From Nemertoderma westbladi (taxonomy: Eukaryota; Animalia; Xenacoelomorpha), in assembly GCA_032718475.1 (NCBI GenBank), contig JAUCBJ010000401.1, positions 1 through 36,531 of the forward strand: 36,531 nt of DNA. The letters run 5' to 3'. Below are positions 12,471 to 24,740 of this stretch, piece by piece (the stretch's first letter is position 1; every line of letters begins with the position of its first letter). The notes beneath the pieces are model-generated. The model was not told where the DNA came from, did not search any database, and saw only the letters and a list, made by a program, of their open reading frames with translations. A program made the translations under genes and the position numbers.

Positions 12471-13304
12471 TTCTAGCAGCATATAAGTAAAATTTAATGG
12501 TTATCATCTTTTCACTGTTTTCCGGAGGGTTTATAATGTTTTCCCTGTTTTTTTTTTGCGGAGATTACTTAACGTGTGCTATGCGAGGAGTACATTTAAG
12601 ATTACCAATTCAGTGTATTAGATGTATTGAATTTCCTGTTGATCAATATTTTTACTGTTTTCCGGATGCTTTACAGTGTTTATCACATGTTTTACTGCTT
12701 TACTAGTGTTTTCCTAATTTAGAATTATCGTTCTTTATATACCTAGGCCTACGGTTTATAATACCTATTGGGAATTTGATACAAAGGCAAATTCACAGGT
12801 TTGGTTTCTAGCATTGAAATATAGTAGTAATCAAATCAGGGGACTTGGTTTTCACTCAGGAAGAGTATATGCCCATACAAAATGTGGTTGAAAATCTTTA
12901 ATAATCTTCAAAAAAGTGAAGACGTTGAGACACGAGTTCTGGGAGACCCTTTTGGCAACCAAAAATGATCAGTAGAGATTTGTGGTCAGTCACTAACACG
13001 AAACGTCGACCCCACAAATAGGATTGGAATTTTCAAATATCAAACACGATACCCAATGCTTCTCTGTCTATGTTTGAGTAATTATACTCTGCTTTGGTTA
13101 ATGTCCATGAACCATAAGCGATGCAGTTGAATTACTTACATCATAAATGATGATATCATGAGTACTGAGATTCATATATCATTTATCGGTGCTATCGGTG
13201 TCGAGCTGGGAGAAAGACTTAGAGGTGACCTTCCAAAACACCCTTATTTTCGGAACACACATCTACCATCACCTATCCATCATCTACCATCATCTACACA
13301 TACT

Positions 13305-13847
13305 ACCATCGCAAAGAAAGCCAACGGTGCTACAGGTCTGATTGCTCACACCTTTAAACATCTGGACACATTACTTAACCTCTACAAAGCCCATGTGAGA
13401 CCGATCTTGGAGTACGCCTCTACATTTTGTCACCTTACCGCATTAGCAAAATTCGACTTCTAGAATCTGTCCAACGCCGTGCGACTCGACTTTTACCGGA
13501 TATTTGCAATCTACCATACCCGGCTAGATTGAAACGGCTCGGTCCCCCAACCCTTAAATATCGCCGTTTTCGCGCCTACCTGATCCAGGTGTCTTACCGG
13601 TATTGACAACGCGAACTGCAGCATGTTTGAACTTTGTACGACTGGCCTACGCGGCCACTCATTCAAGCACCATAAACCCCGTGCTCGGCTGATGCAGATG
13701 AACTCAACATTTCACTTTCGAGTTATAGATCCCTGGAACTCGCTATCCGATGATGTTGTGACCACCCCCAACCGTAACTCTTTTAAAACCCGTTTAAACT
13801 CCCACTATAAAGATTTCCCACTCAAGTTTACCCCATGGTCTGTGTAA
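13305..13847 (+). mobile_element. 5'-truncated CR1/L2-group LINE, degenerate ORF2 C-terminus
   Basis: KKANGATGLI..LYKAHVRPILEYAS / LESVQRRATRLLP..PYPARLKRLG / LRGHSFK...FHFRVIDPWNSL...SFKTRL across frameshifts, typical of CR1-type ORF2 tails. Confidence 0.88.
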
Positions 13848-14048
13848 TAGTATTTAATTTGCAACAGTAACTCATAACTTCTTAACTTTTTTTAATTTTT
13901 AATTTTTAGACTTATTTTTAACTTAAATTAAATTTTTTTATCATTCCATTTCACACTTTTCTCCTCATACACAAACTTTACGTTTTAACAACTACTTTAT
14001 AGATTGATATTTTATATTATATTATAATAAATAAACTATCGATCTAAT

Positions 14049-15116
14049 TATTGAACATCTATATCGTAAAGTCCATCTTTATTGAATATCTATCGTAAAG
14101 TCCATATTTATTGAACATCTATATCGTAAAGTCCATCTTTATTGAACATATATCATAAAATCCATCTTTATTGAACATCTATCATAAAGTCCATCTTTAT
14201 TGAACATCTATCGTAAAGTCCATATTTATTGAATATCTATCATAAAGTCCATCTTTATTGAACATCTATCGTAAAGTCCATATTTATTGAACATCTATCA
14301 TAAAGTCCATCTTTATTGAACATCTATCGTAAAGTCCATATTTATTGAACATCTATATCGTAAAGTCCATCTTTATTGAACATCTATCGTAAAGTCCATA
14401 TTTATTGAAAATCTATCATAAAGTCCATCTTTATTGAACATCTATCATAAAGTCCATCTTTATTGAACATTTATCATAAAGTCCATCTTTATTGAACATC
14501 TATCGTAAAGTCCATATTTATTGAACATCTATCATAAAGTCCATCTTTATTGAACATCTATCGTAAAGTCCATATTTATTGAACATCTATTACAAAGTCC
14601 ATCTTTATTGAACATCTATCGTAAAGTCCATATTTATTGAACATCTATATCGTAAAGTCCATCTTTATTGAACATCTATCGTAAAGTCTATATTTATTGA
14701 ACATCTATCACAAAGTCCATCTTTATTGAACATCTATCGTAAAGTCCATATTTATTAAACATCTATCATAAAGTCCATATTTATTGAACATATATATCGT
14801 AAAGTCCATCTTTATTGAACATCTATCGTAAAGTCCATATTTATTGAACATCTATCATAAAGTCCATCTTTATTGAACATCTATCGTAAAGTCCATATTT
14901 ATTGAACATCTATATCGTAAAGTCCATCTTTATTGAACATCTATCGTAAAGTCCACCTTTATTGAACATCTATCGTAAAGTCCATCTTTATTGAACATCT
15001 ATCGTAAAGTCCATATTTATTGAACATCTATCGTAAAGTCCATATTTATTGAACATATATCGTAAAGTCCATATTTATTGAACATCTATCGTAAAGTCCA
15101 TATTTATTGAACATCT
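14049..15116. repeat. 28/30-bp tandem satellite, left block (about 38 copies; tttattgaacatctatcgtaaagtccatM)
   Basis: Head-to-tail units, often alternating catctt/catatt variants. Confidence 0.97.
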
Positions 15117-16800
15117 TATACGAGTTCGGTAAAGGTCTGGCACATATGTTAACCTCGTGCACCATACGACGGATAAGATCCGCTCTATTTTCTGGAGGTT
15201 CAACGAGTATACCATCAACACGAGCAGCCTCGATTGGAGGACGTTGCAACATGGGAGCGTCAGCGATAAGATCTCGAGATCTTAGGTTGATATCAACTGG
15301 TTGAGGCTGTGCCGTGGCGAAGAGTTTGTCTCCGAAATGGGGAACCATCGAAGGATGGATGATAGTTTTAGAATAGAGATCTGTCATAAGGATTTGAGCT
15401 TCTGGCTGGGCTAAAGCTGCTTCCTCTCTCTCATCCATCTCGAGATGTTTTTCCTCCATTTGAATTTCCTCCACTCGTTGTTGTAAACGCTCGTCTAGGA
15501 ACTCTTGTAGAGAATAGGTTCGTCCACGCTCGATGTCTTCCTCGAGATTTTGGATTTCTCTATCGAACTGGGGTAAAGCTAATTCTTTAACCGCTTGGAC
15601 TTGTTGCTGCAATTTGCGTTTCTCTAAACAATCATAAGTTCCCTTTCCGATTTTCTGCCGAATAGCGTCCAACGCATTTCGTACAACGCTCTCTTTGACT
15701 TCGGTAACGGGTTGTATCGGGGTTAAACCTGGACGGTTGTACGGATTAAACGGCAATATTAGATGGCCGCGTCCTAATCCGGCTAGGTAGGGTTGGCGAA
15801 TATCTAGCGAGCCCACTACCGGAGTGCCGCCGATTAATTGTTCAGGCAACACAAGATCTTTAAACAGTGAGTACAGTTCAGGGGGATCCATTATACTATT
15901 AGGATCAAGCGTTTGAGGCCTCACTAAGGAATGAGGAAGTCTGACCGAGTATTCCGGAACTCTGATCATTGGTTTATTCAAGGATCGCTTGAGCCGAGCG
16001 AGCGTAGGTGATACGTCGAACAAGTTTCGCTCGAAACTCCCATAGGTATATTGTGTAAAACTGTGTTTAGTGCAACGTCTCCACGGATGTTTATGTCTTT
16101 CCGTTTGCTGATTGGGTCTAGGGCATTCATCGCAGTAATACCAAAGACGCACGTCCTGCAGGGGAAACGCGGGTGATTGTTCTCCAGTTTTACAATATTC
16201 CTCCATCTGCTCGAAACTGTCCGGTACAACAGGTAGCGGTCGATCGGAGGTAAGATACATCATAGTAAAATAGAGTCGTTTGAGTTCTATCATAGGGTCA
16301 TGATGTATACCTTGAGGATATCGAGTTTCTAAGTTCTGTTGACTGGCAACATTGAGATATGTTTCTCTCAAGAATTCCAGATACTCGTTGAAGTTGCTGC
16401 GCTTATCCGGGTCTTCAACGTCCTCTCTTTCGAGTCGGTTACGAATAGAGTTCTCGTGTTCTATTCTCAGTTTATCGTTACGACTATGCTGGGCATGGTA
16501 TTTAAATAAAACCATTTCCCTTTCGGTGTCTACGTTGTCCGTATCGTGTAAGTCGATAGGATGGCCAGTAGTTAGAAAGTCCATATACGTACCATTACGA
16601 TTCGTGTAGCGAGCGGTGAATTTTCGATAGTCTAATTCACGCGTAAGTTGCTCCTGGGACATTGGCGGTTCGATATAACGACCATCGTCCTCCGTAGTAG
16701 TTGGACCATCATCACCGCGTATCAAGCTATCAACAAACGCTTGTAAAGGTAGAGTATATCTCTCTCTGATACCAAGATCATCTTCTATCAACTCTGTCAT
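15046..16800 (-). CDS. Uncharacterised 584-aa accessory ORF downstream of pol (last 22 aa come from the satellite)
   Basis: About 560 open codons with an ATG start 2 nt after a TAACAG acceptor-like site; CDEC...H.H...C..H cluster; acidic coiled-coil segment; no signal peptide or TM stretch seen. Confidence 0.8.
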   Translation of the reverse strand: MTELIEDDLGIRERYTLPLQAFVDSLIRGDDGPTTTEDDGRYIEPPMSQEQLTRELDYRKFTARYTNRNGTYMDFLTTGHPIDLHDTDNVDTEREMVLFKYHAQHSRNDKLRIEHENSIRNRLEREDVEDPDKRSNFNEYLEFLRETYLNVASQQNLETRYPQGIHHDPMIELKRLYFTMMYLTSDRPLPVVPDSFEQMEEYCKTGEQSPAFPLQDVRLWYYCDECPRPNQQTERHKHPWRRCTKHSFTQYTYGSFERNLFDVSPTLARLKRSLNKPMIRVPEYSVRLPHSLVRPQTLDPNSIMDPPELYSLFKDLVLPEQLIGGTPVVGSLDIRQPYLAGLGRGHLILPFNPYNRPGLTPIQPVTEVKESVVRNALDAIRQKIGKGTYDCLEKRKLQQQVQAVKELALPQFDREIQNLEEDIERGRTYSLQEFLDERLQQRVEEIQMEEKHLEMDEREEAALAQPEAQILMTDLYSKTIIHPSMVPHFGDKLFATAQPQPVDINLRSRDLIADAPMLQRPPIEAARVDGILVEPPENRADLIRRMVHEVNICARPLPNSYKMFNKYGLYDRCSINMDFTIYVQ

Positions 16801-17623
16801 ATCTGTTATATGAGTTTATTAATATGATAATAGTTTATGTTTAGGCTAGCGGGCGTCGCTGCCTATTCACCCCTCTCGGCCCCCGGACAGTACGAGATTC
16901 TCAGCGCCGATGTACCGTCGTCACTGTGTTTTCGCCAACGTTGTAGCTACACAATGACAACGATAACCGGCACAAGTCACTCGACTGTCTGTCCCAAAGG
17001 CTTGGATTCACGTCAGGTTCTTACTGGAGAGTTAGGGTTACTTTCACAATTGCGACTCGCTGCTGTAAACACACTTTAGTAGTAACATTCGCCTATAAAC
17101 ACACGAATTCCACATAAATGTCACAAATTGTACACATACAGGCCATTTGTCCGTTAGTCAGTGCCTTCCAGAATGTCACGTTATTATTTTGTATCCTTAG
17201 ATACTAGCAGCATGCGATTTGTTCCCTATGCTATTCAATGGGACAAGCTTTCTATTGTTCTTTTAACTCACTTCTAATTCTAGCGTGGTTGTTACTATGG
17301 TGACATTATGCAAAGCTAGCGGTAGAATTAGGGTAATTTTCATGCATACAGATCTGGGATGCTATTTAATAGTAATTCTTTAATGGTCAATATCCCGTTT
17401 ATACATGATTTTATAAATTTTATCGGCTATTGACTCATACATTGGAGATTCTCACACTCTAACACACTAATAGGATGAATCTCCGCTCCCGTGATCTATT
17501 AATTAATGGGATTTTGGGAATGTTATAAATTGCATAAAATTGCAATTTATTAAATTCATTAAAATATGAACTTAAATTTATTCCCGAAATTTTATTATTT
17601 GATAGTAAAATTGACACAATTTG

Positions 17624-17897
17624 ATTCCAGAGCATGTCTGGGGACATAGGATCCTTAATCCTATGAAAATTGTCTTTTAAGAGTATCATTAAGTGCTACG
17701 ATATCTTTAATCGACTAGAAATTTTAAAGGATCTGAATTTTACAGATTTTGATTTATAGATTTTGAAATATTAAATAATTAATATTTGAGATGGGCACCG
17801 ATTTATTCCAGAACTTGTCTGGGGACGTTAACCACTGATTCTAATATTTGTCTTTCAAGTATATCGGTGGGTGCCGCGATATCTTAATCGACTAGAA
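17624..17897. repeat. Diverged direct repeat (2 x about 95 bp, offset about 180) in the pol-ORF3 spacer
   Basis: attccaga...tgtctggggac...ttgtcttt...gatatctt(t)aatcgactagaa at 17624 and 17805. Confidence 0.75.
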
Positions 17898-18431
17898 TGA
17901 TGGTCAAAAGTTTTAACAGATTTATTTGCGTTTTACGCTACTGTTAGAGGGACATCACGCTACTATATGTATTATTATATATGGTATGAGAGCAATATCG
18001 CACGAAGCAATGTCAGTGTGAAGAGGCAAGTCGTTTCCAAGGTCTACCCAGAGCTTGGTTTAGCCGAGACACGAGGATCTGAACTTTGCATTCCTAATAC
18101 TCTGCCTACCAATAATACTTGAATATAGTAGTGGCTTTATTGTACTTTAATAAGTACGGACATTTCATCTTACTGTAGTCACGTATGTATAAGTTAATAC
18201 GGATAGTAAGGAAAGAAAAAGAATTATTTCTTGCCGTCGCACCTAATATATAATATAAGTAATTACGTAAATAATAAACATAATATATATTGCACTAATC
18301 TACTAAATAATCGCTAAAATAACATTATACTAAATAAAATTAAAGAAAGCGATTATAATAAAAGTAAATAATAATACATAAATATAAAATAATAAAAATT
18401 AAATAATATGGTCACACACCCACTCCAAACG

Positions 18432-19660
18432 TTATCGCGTTGAGGAGCCCCTAGATGTTGGTTGGATTAGGGAGGTGGTCGTGGGAAGAGTATCTTGTCT
18501 TCCATAGTTTCTGGAGAGTTCTCTGTCCCTTTCCAGTAAACATAAACGACCAACTGGGCGATTGAGCTGCTGTGTCTCAAAGACAATTCCCGGTTTCTTA
18601 AAGTTACGCCGCATGACGACGAGTTCTACCGAGCGCACCAAACCATCACTCGAGATGTGAGTCTCGATGATACGACCTGTTTGCCACCGCTTACGTGGAA
18701 GATCTGGATCCACAATAAGCACCATGTCTCCGGCGCTGACGTTTTCTTGCTGCACAAACCACTTAGTTCGAAGTTGTAGCTTGGGCAGATAATGTTTTTC
18801 AAAATGGTCAGCGAAACGACGAGATAGCAACTGCATAAGTTGCCAAGTTTGACGGCAGTATTTGTCTCCGTCTGTGATCTCCGATCGTGGGAGCATGGCT
18901 ACAGGTTTCTTCAGTAGAAAGTGCGCGGGTGTTAGCGCTTCCAGGGAATCGGGACTCGAGGAGACTGGCATAAGCGGTCTTTCGTTGAGATAGGCGGTGA
19001 TTTCCTCCATTAACGTCCGCAAAAGTTCGTCGGTGAGATACGCGCGGCACGGCACTATAAAGTGAAATGCGGTCTTCACGCTTCTTATTAATCTCTCCCA
19101 ACTTCCTCCCCACCAAGGGGTGTCGGCGGCGTTGAAGGTCCAGATAGACGCTGTTACCCTTAGCTGATCGACCACCTGTCTTTGGTTCCAGTCCTTTACG
19201 TAAGCTTGAATTTCGTTGTTGGCGCCAATGAAGTTCGTTCCCTTATCCGATCTCATCGTGTTACTAGTTCCAAAGCGAGCAATCTGTCGTCGTAAACTTA
19301 ACACAAAGCTGTTGGTAGATAGATCGTTCACCATATCGAGATGGATAGCTCTACAAGTCATACAAACGAAGATGACACACCATCTCTTGACTATAGTCCT
19401 AGCACGATATACTTTAATAGGGCCAAATAAATCCACACCGGTATTAGTAAAGGGTGGTTCATAGAAGCTTACTCGTTCCCTAGGTAATTCTGCCTCTCGC
19501 TGTGTTAAAGGCTTACTGAATGCTTTCCTACAGGGTATGCAGTTCCTAAGAACTTGGTTTAGAGCTCTACGAGGTTTATAGAATAATAGCGAGTTCGGAT
19601 TTCGCTAAGAACTCGTTCTCTACCAGCATGGTACAGTTTACTATGAACATCTACAATCAT
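18432..19660 (-). pseudogene. pol: Integrase (HHCC, DDE core, BEL-type C-terminal domain)
   Basis: HSKLYHAG...CIPC (split by a frameshift); GVDLFGP, SDKGTNF, WGGSWERLIRSVK; LEALTPAHFL; GDMVLIVD...WQTGRI..THISSDGLVRSVEL. Confidence 0.92.
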
Positions 19661-22430
19661 CTTGATTTGTATGTCAAGATTTCTAATGAGTATGGGAAAC
19701 TTAGTGTCAAAGGATAATGGAGCATTAGTGAGTCTTCCTCCAACACGTATTAACCCATCTATCATTGTACTAGAGAAACGATCCCTTAAGCGCATCTGTG
19801 GATTTCTCAACAACAGGAAATACTTATCGGAATCCTCATAGCATTGTAGGAGTCTCAGTATCTGCTTATTAGTTTCTCCATGCTCCTGGTAACTGATCTT
19901 CTCTTTTAAAAACCTGTCGGATATCTTGTATTGAGGAAGATCTTTAATAACATGGACTTGTGCAGATGTCCGTGGAGCGGTATCACTGGTGGTCTTCATC
20001 CTAGAGTAATGATGATGAAAACATCGTTTTAAATATGTAACGGCCTTACAGAGCCGATTCCAGGAACTATAGTGATGTATCGCTCTCTGCAGGAGAGGTG
20101 AGAGTCCTTGCGAGACGTCTGGTATTCCAGATTTCCAATCCCTCTCCCGGATTTCCACAACAGACTTATTTGTGGCTGGGGTTTTTGGATCCACAACTTC
20201 ATCTCCGGAAGTATGTAGTACAGACAGATCTATCACCTGTTTAAATAACTTCGATTTACTCGCCAGGGTTTTAGGTTTGACTTTCTCCGCTCCCTTGGCT
20301 TGTCTAATTTCAGCCGTAGTAAGATGAGGAGGCCATTCATCTTCTTCTTTGCTTAGGAAGTCGGGTCCACCCAACCAGTCTGAAGTATCTATCAGTTCTT
20401 GTGGAGTTGCTCCTCTGGAGGTGATGTCGGCTGGATTAATCGTTCCGGGGCAATGTCTCCATTGATCTATCTTCGTACGACTAAGTATAATGGCTACTCT
20501 GTTGGTAACGAAGACACTGAACTGACAGATTTCATTGGTTAGATACTCCAAAACGAGTAAAGCGTCGGTCCAATAGACTGCTTTCTCTAATGGATAATCG
20601 ATCTGTTCTGTTACATTCCAACCGATTGCTGTAGCGTATAGAGCCGCTTTTAACTCCGCTCGAGGAACCTTCAACTTGTTGTTAATCAAGGCCTTAGAAG
20701 TGACCAAGGCGACTTTGATTCCATCCGGAGTTTCAACTCTTAAGTATGCTACTATACCTATTCCCATATCGCTGGCGTCTCCAAACACATGGAGTTGATA
20801 GGAATACGTAGGGAGAACATGACCAAAATATGAATGGGAAATTATAAAGTTCTTGATTGATGGTAGGGAATCTTCCCATTTCATCCACTTCTTTAAGAGT
20901 TCTCCCTTGAGTGGATCGTCCCATGAGTGGTTTTCAAGCCACATTTGCTGTACTAAACTCCGAGCTAGCAATATAACTGGGCTAATAAATCCCAATGGAT
21001 CGAAATAAGTGCTCAGGATACTTAAACAAATCCGTTTAGTCCGCACGGGATTATCTTGCGGTTTTAACTGGAAAAACAGGATATCTCTCTCCGTGTCCCA
21101 CTTCAAGCCAAGCGTCTTGGTTTCTGGAAGATCGTCTTTTATTAAGTCTAGGTCTTTCGCTCCTCGGTCTTCTATCGGTATCGATTCCAGAAACTCCCGG
21201 GAGTTGCTGGTGAATTTAGTCAATCGAAATCCACCTCTTTTCAAGCACTCTACCGTTCCTTTGGCGACATCAATGGCTTCTTCCACGGATGGAAGGGACT
21301 TTAGATTGTCATCCATGTATATATCCCTTTTTATATTATCAATCACCTCTTTGGAGAAGGCGTCCCGGTTATCGTCAGCAGTAGTACGCACTACTGAGCA
21401 GGCGTTTGAAGGGCTCGAGATGATTCCAAAAGCCTGGATAGTCATCCAGTACTCCACCGGTTTTTGATCGAGGTCTCCTTCAGGCCACCATAGAAATCGT
21501 AGACTGTCTCAACCTCTATCAAGTGCTTTAACCTGTAAGAACATACCTTCTATATCCGAGGCAAAGGCGATTGAATATTGACGTAATCTTAGAAGTATTC
21601 CCAACAAGGATTTCAATAAGTTGGGTCCTGGCAATAACTCGGAATTTAATGATTGGCCCATATAGAGAGCGGAGCCATCAAATACTACTCGTACTTCATT
21701 AGGCTTACCGGGTTTGGGGATGTAATGGTGTGTTAAATAGTACATCCTTTCCGTTATGGGTGTTCCTTCCGGTACTAACTCCGCATGCCCTTTGTCTATA
21801 AACTTCTTCAGCTGCGTCTTATACATTTCTTTAGCTGAAGCATTGGCCGTAAGACGTCGATGTAATTGAGCGATTCTTTTCTCCGCCAAGGGTCGGTTGT
21901 TGATAAATCTAGGTTCTCGTTTTCGAAAGGGTAGACCGATTTCATATCTACCTTGATCTTTAAGAAAACGTGTAGCTGTCTCCTGGATTTGCTTGGCTCT
22001 TTCTTCTTCTACTGATAGGGCCTTATCGTAAGAATTGGGCTCTACAGCCTCCTGAGTAAAGAATTGTACGGCAAGTTCATCCCGAGTCCTCGCATTATAG
22101 CGATCTATCACGTCATTCAACTCGTCGTTACAGTTGACTTGTTTCGACGGACTAATAAGGTGACATAAGTTAACTTGGGTTTGCCAGGTTTCACTTTCCG
22201 TGAGGAGGTCGATGGTATTCTCTTCATCGAAGAGTTGTTGGATGTCGTCATTGTCTGAGGAGTATGGTGTTCCCTCAGTTAGATCGTCTCCCTCACTAGT
22301 ATCATCTTCCCATTCACTCACTTGGCAGACGCGATCTTGGGGCAGTCTTTCCCTGAGTGTTCTACGGGAAGGTCCAGTAAGGTACCAACCTACTCTAGTT
22401 CTTACCGCATAGGTTTGAAGCGGTTGCGGT
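19660..22430 (-). pseudogene. pol: Reverse transcriptase and RNase H region
   Basis: VRVVFDGSA, SLNSELLPGPNL, ASDIEGMFLQV, LRFLWW, YMDD, TLGLKWD, FDPLGFISP, LHVFGDAS, VPRAEL, YWTD, WRHCPGTINPADITSRG. Confidence 0.93.
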
Positions 22431-22632
22431 TAAGCAGGTCGTTTCTCCAATGTCTCTAGCGCCTCATGCGCGTTTTGACCGATAAGTATTTGTACTCCAG
22501 GATAATCGGTGTCGAATCTAGGGATGTTAAGTTGCTGGGCTTGATCATCTTCGTCCCAATTATAAGGTTCTACTTGGCTGATAGCGAAGTTCTTTATTGC
22601 CACCATCTTTACTGACCTTATACTGTGTTCTC

Positions 22633-22900
22633 CTAGTTTATCCTGTGGAGTGGACAACGCACCTTATAATAATCGGCAGCTACGATGGATTTCCAAACCT
22701 GCATGATTCCTGACATGTTTAACTTAGTTCGGAATTTGGGTTGTCCAGCAAATATATCTTCGGCTAGATCTTTGTCGATGAATGTTCCTGTGCTGCCGGA
22801 ATCAAGGAGGGCATTCACTATATAACTCTTATTAGGTCCGTGAACCCTCAACTGAACTACAGGAAATTCTCGGATTCCTACGTTGGAAGTTGGTGTTTTC
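22633..22900 (-). pseudogene. pol: Aspartic protease domain
   Basis: NALLDSGSTGTFI catalytic motif. Confidence 0.85.
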
Positions 22901-23105
22901 CAAGATGGTTGTCGTTCAGAAGTAGTTAGTGGGAGTTCGTTGTCGGTGGTTTCTTTCTCATACGTAAGTGCTCGATACACTGCGGTGTTTATTAGGTAAC
23001 AGGATTCATTTTCATCAGAGAATTCGTCAGTATAGAATCCTTCCATCTCAGAACTTTGGTCAGTGTCGTTCACATCACTGAATTGGACATGTAGTTCGGA
23101 CTCAC

Positions 23106-24707
23106 TTACCTGACTCGGGCTGTTTCGATCGAATTCAGCGTGCAACAAGCTATGATGTTTCGCTCCGCACTTATTGCACCTTGCGTCGGAGTAACAGGTT
23201 CGCCGTTGATGTCCTTGTCTGAGGCAATTATAACACAACCATAACAATTATAACGCTTATCCCACATGACTTCACGTCTATCCTTCAATGATTTCTTTAA
23301 GAATTCATTACACGCATTTAGACGGTGCGGTCCGTCACACAGCACACATTTAGATTTGATGTTGCTTACCTTAATCTGAGCTACGTTATTCACCTTTGTT
23401 CTTTCCTCAGGCTTTCTTACATGAATTCTCTTAGGAGACGTAGGAGGAGTTTTTCTTACTTGTTCTCTCCTGTCATTGGTTCGAGGCTTGAATTTACTTA
23501 CGTCTTTTGTTGATTTGTTGACGTAGTATGATCTTTCAGTGTCTTTCCCGCTGTCCTCTTCCTGAGAGAGTTGGCTTTCGCCATCGTCTGTATAACACAC
23601 AAGTGTTACCTTTCTTCTAGAAACGGGTTTCTCACTTACCTTACTTTGCGATGTCTTCTCTCTGGACTGCTTTATGAGCTGTAATTTCACCTCGCCATCC
23701 AAGAATGACATGAGATCAGCCATAGTAGGGTCTCGTTGTTGTTGTTCCATCATATATAACACTTTCTTGTCCCAGCGCGTACCTACTCCACCCTTCGGTA
23801 AAGTAGAAGCCACTGCCCTAATAACCATAGCACTCTGATACTCATGAGACTTACCTAGCCAATCTAATTGTCTGCAGATCTCCTGAATCTCATCAGAAAA
23901 CTCTATAATCCTGCTGCTAATAAACTTTCGGGGGGCTACCAACTTTGCATACAAATACCCAGCTATGTAATTCCTATTACCATACCTGAAGTTTAGAGTA
24001 TCCCAAACTTGTCTTAATCCATCTGGATGTCCAATAAATTTTAACGCCATTAACTTGGGAGGTCCTTCCAAGCATTTGATGAGGTATCTGAGTTTCTCTC
24101 CGTTAGATAGCACAGAGTTCTGTATGTTATCTTTATAATATTCATTAAAAGGTAACCATTTCATCTCATTTCCATTGAACTTGACGATCTCTCCAACCTT
24201 TACCGCTTGACGGGCTTCGGTTCTAGCCATTTGACGCGTAAAACTTTCTTGGGCCATCGTATTATTTAATATCGAGTTATCGGTATATAAATTTCTCGGA
24301 TTATGATCAGGTCTATATGGAATATCATTGTCAACAGGTTTATGATTACCCTTAATAGGATTTACTATAGGAGTTTCTACTTCACTAGCAGTATAGATGC
24401 GTGTAGGCTCCACACCTTGCGCATGAAATACTTCAGACCTAACGGGTTGACACATTGTTACAGGGGGTGGTGGTATACCCTTTTGTAAATTTACTAATGT
24501 ATCGCGTTCTAACGCGATACTTTGCTGCACTTCTTGCAACTCTAACCTACTTTCCCTTACTGTTCCCTTGAGTTGGTGAACAGTCCCTTCCAAATCTCGG
24601 ACCTGCCGGGAGGAACATTCTCGTTGTTCCCTCAGCTGCCCGAGCAAGAGACCCATCTCCCGTCGTCCCTCATCCACCCAATCCACCGCCGATGCGGGGT
24701 CCGCCAA
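23106..24707 (-). pseudogene. gag: Gag core (DUF1759-like) with Cys/His knuckles
   Basis: KFNGNEMKWLPF...LSNGEKLRYLIKCLEG...WDTLNFRYG; CVLCDGPHRLNAC, then CYNCLRQGHQRRTC and CNKCGAKHHSLLH after a frameshift. Confidence 0.88.
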
Positions 24708-24740
24708 CGTCGTAGCGGGCAGACGAGGGACAACGGGCGA

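Noticed and set aside
16566-16587. 11-bp aaagtccatat match between ORF3 and the 28-bp satellite
   Set aside because: Too short and AT-rich; compatible with chance
18082-18121. Weak similarity to about 27124-27163 as evidence of an LTR pair
   Set aside because: Only about 45 nt at low identity and does not extend
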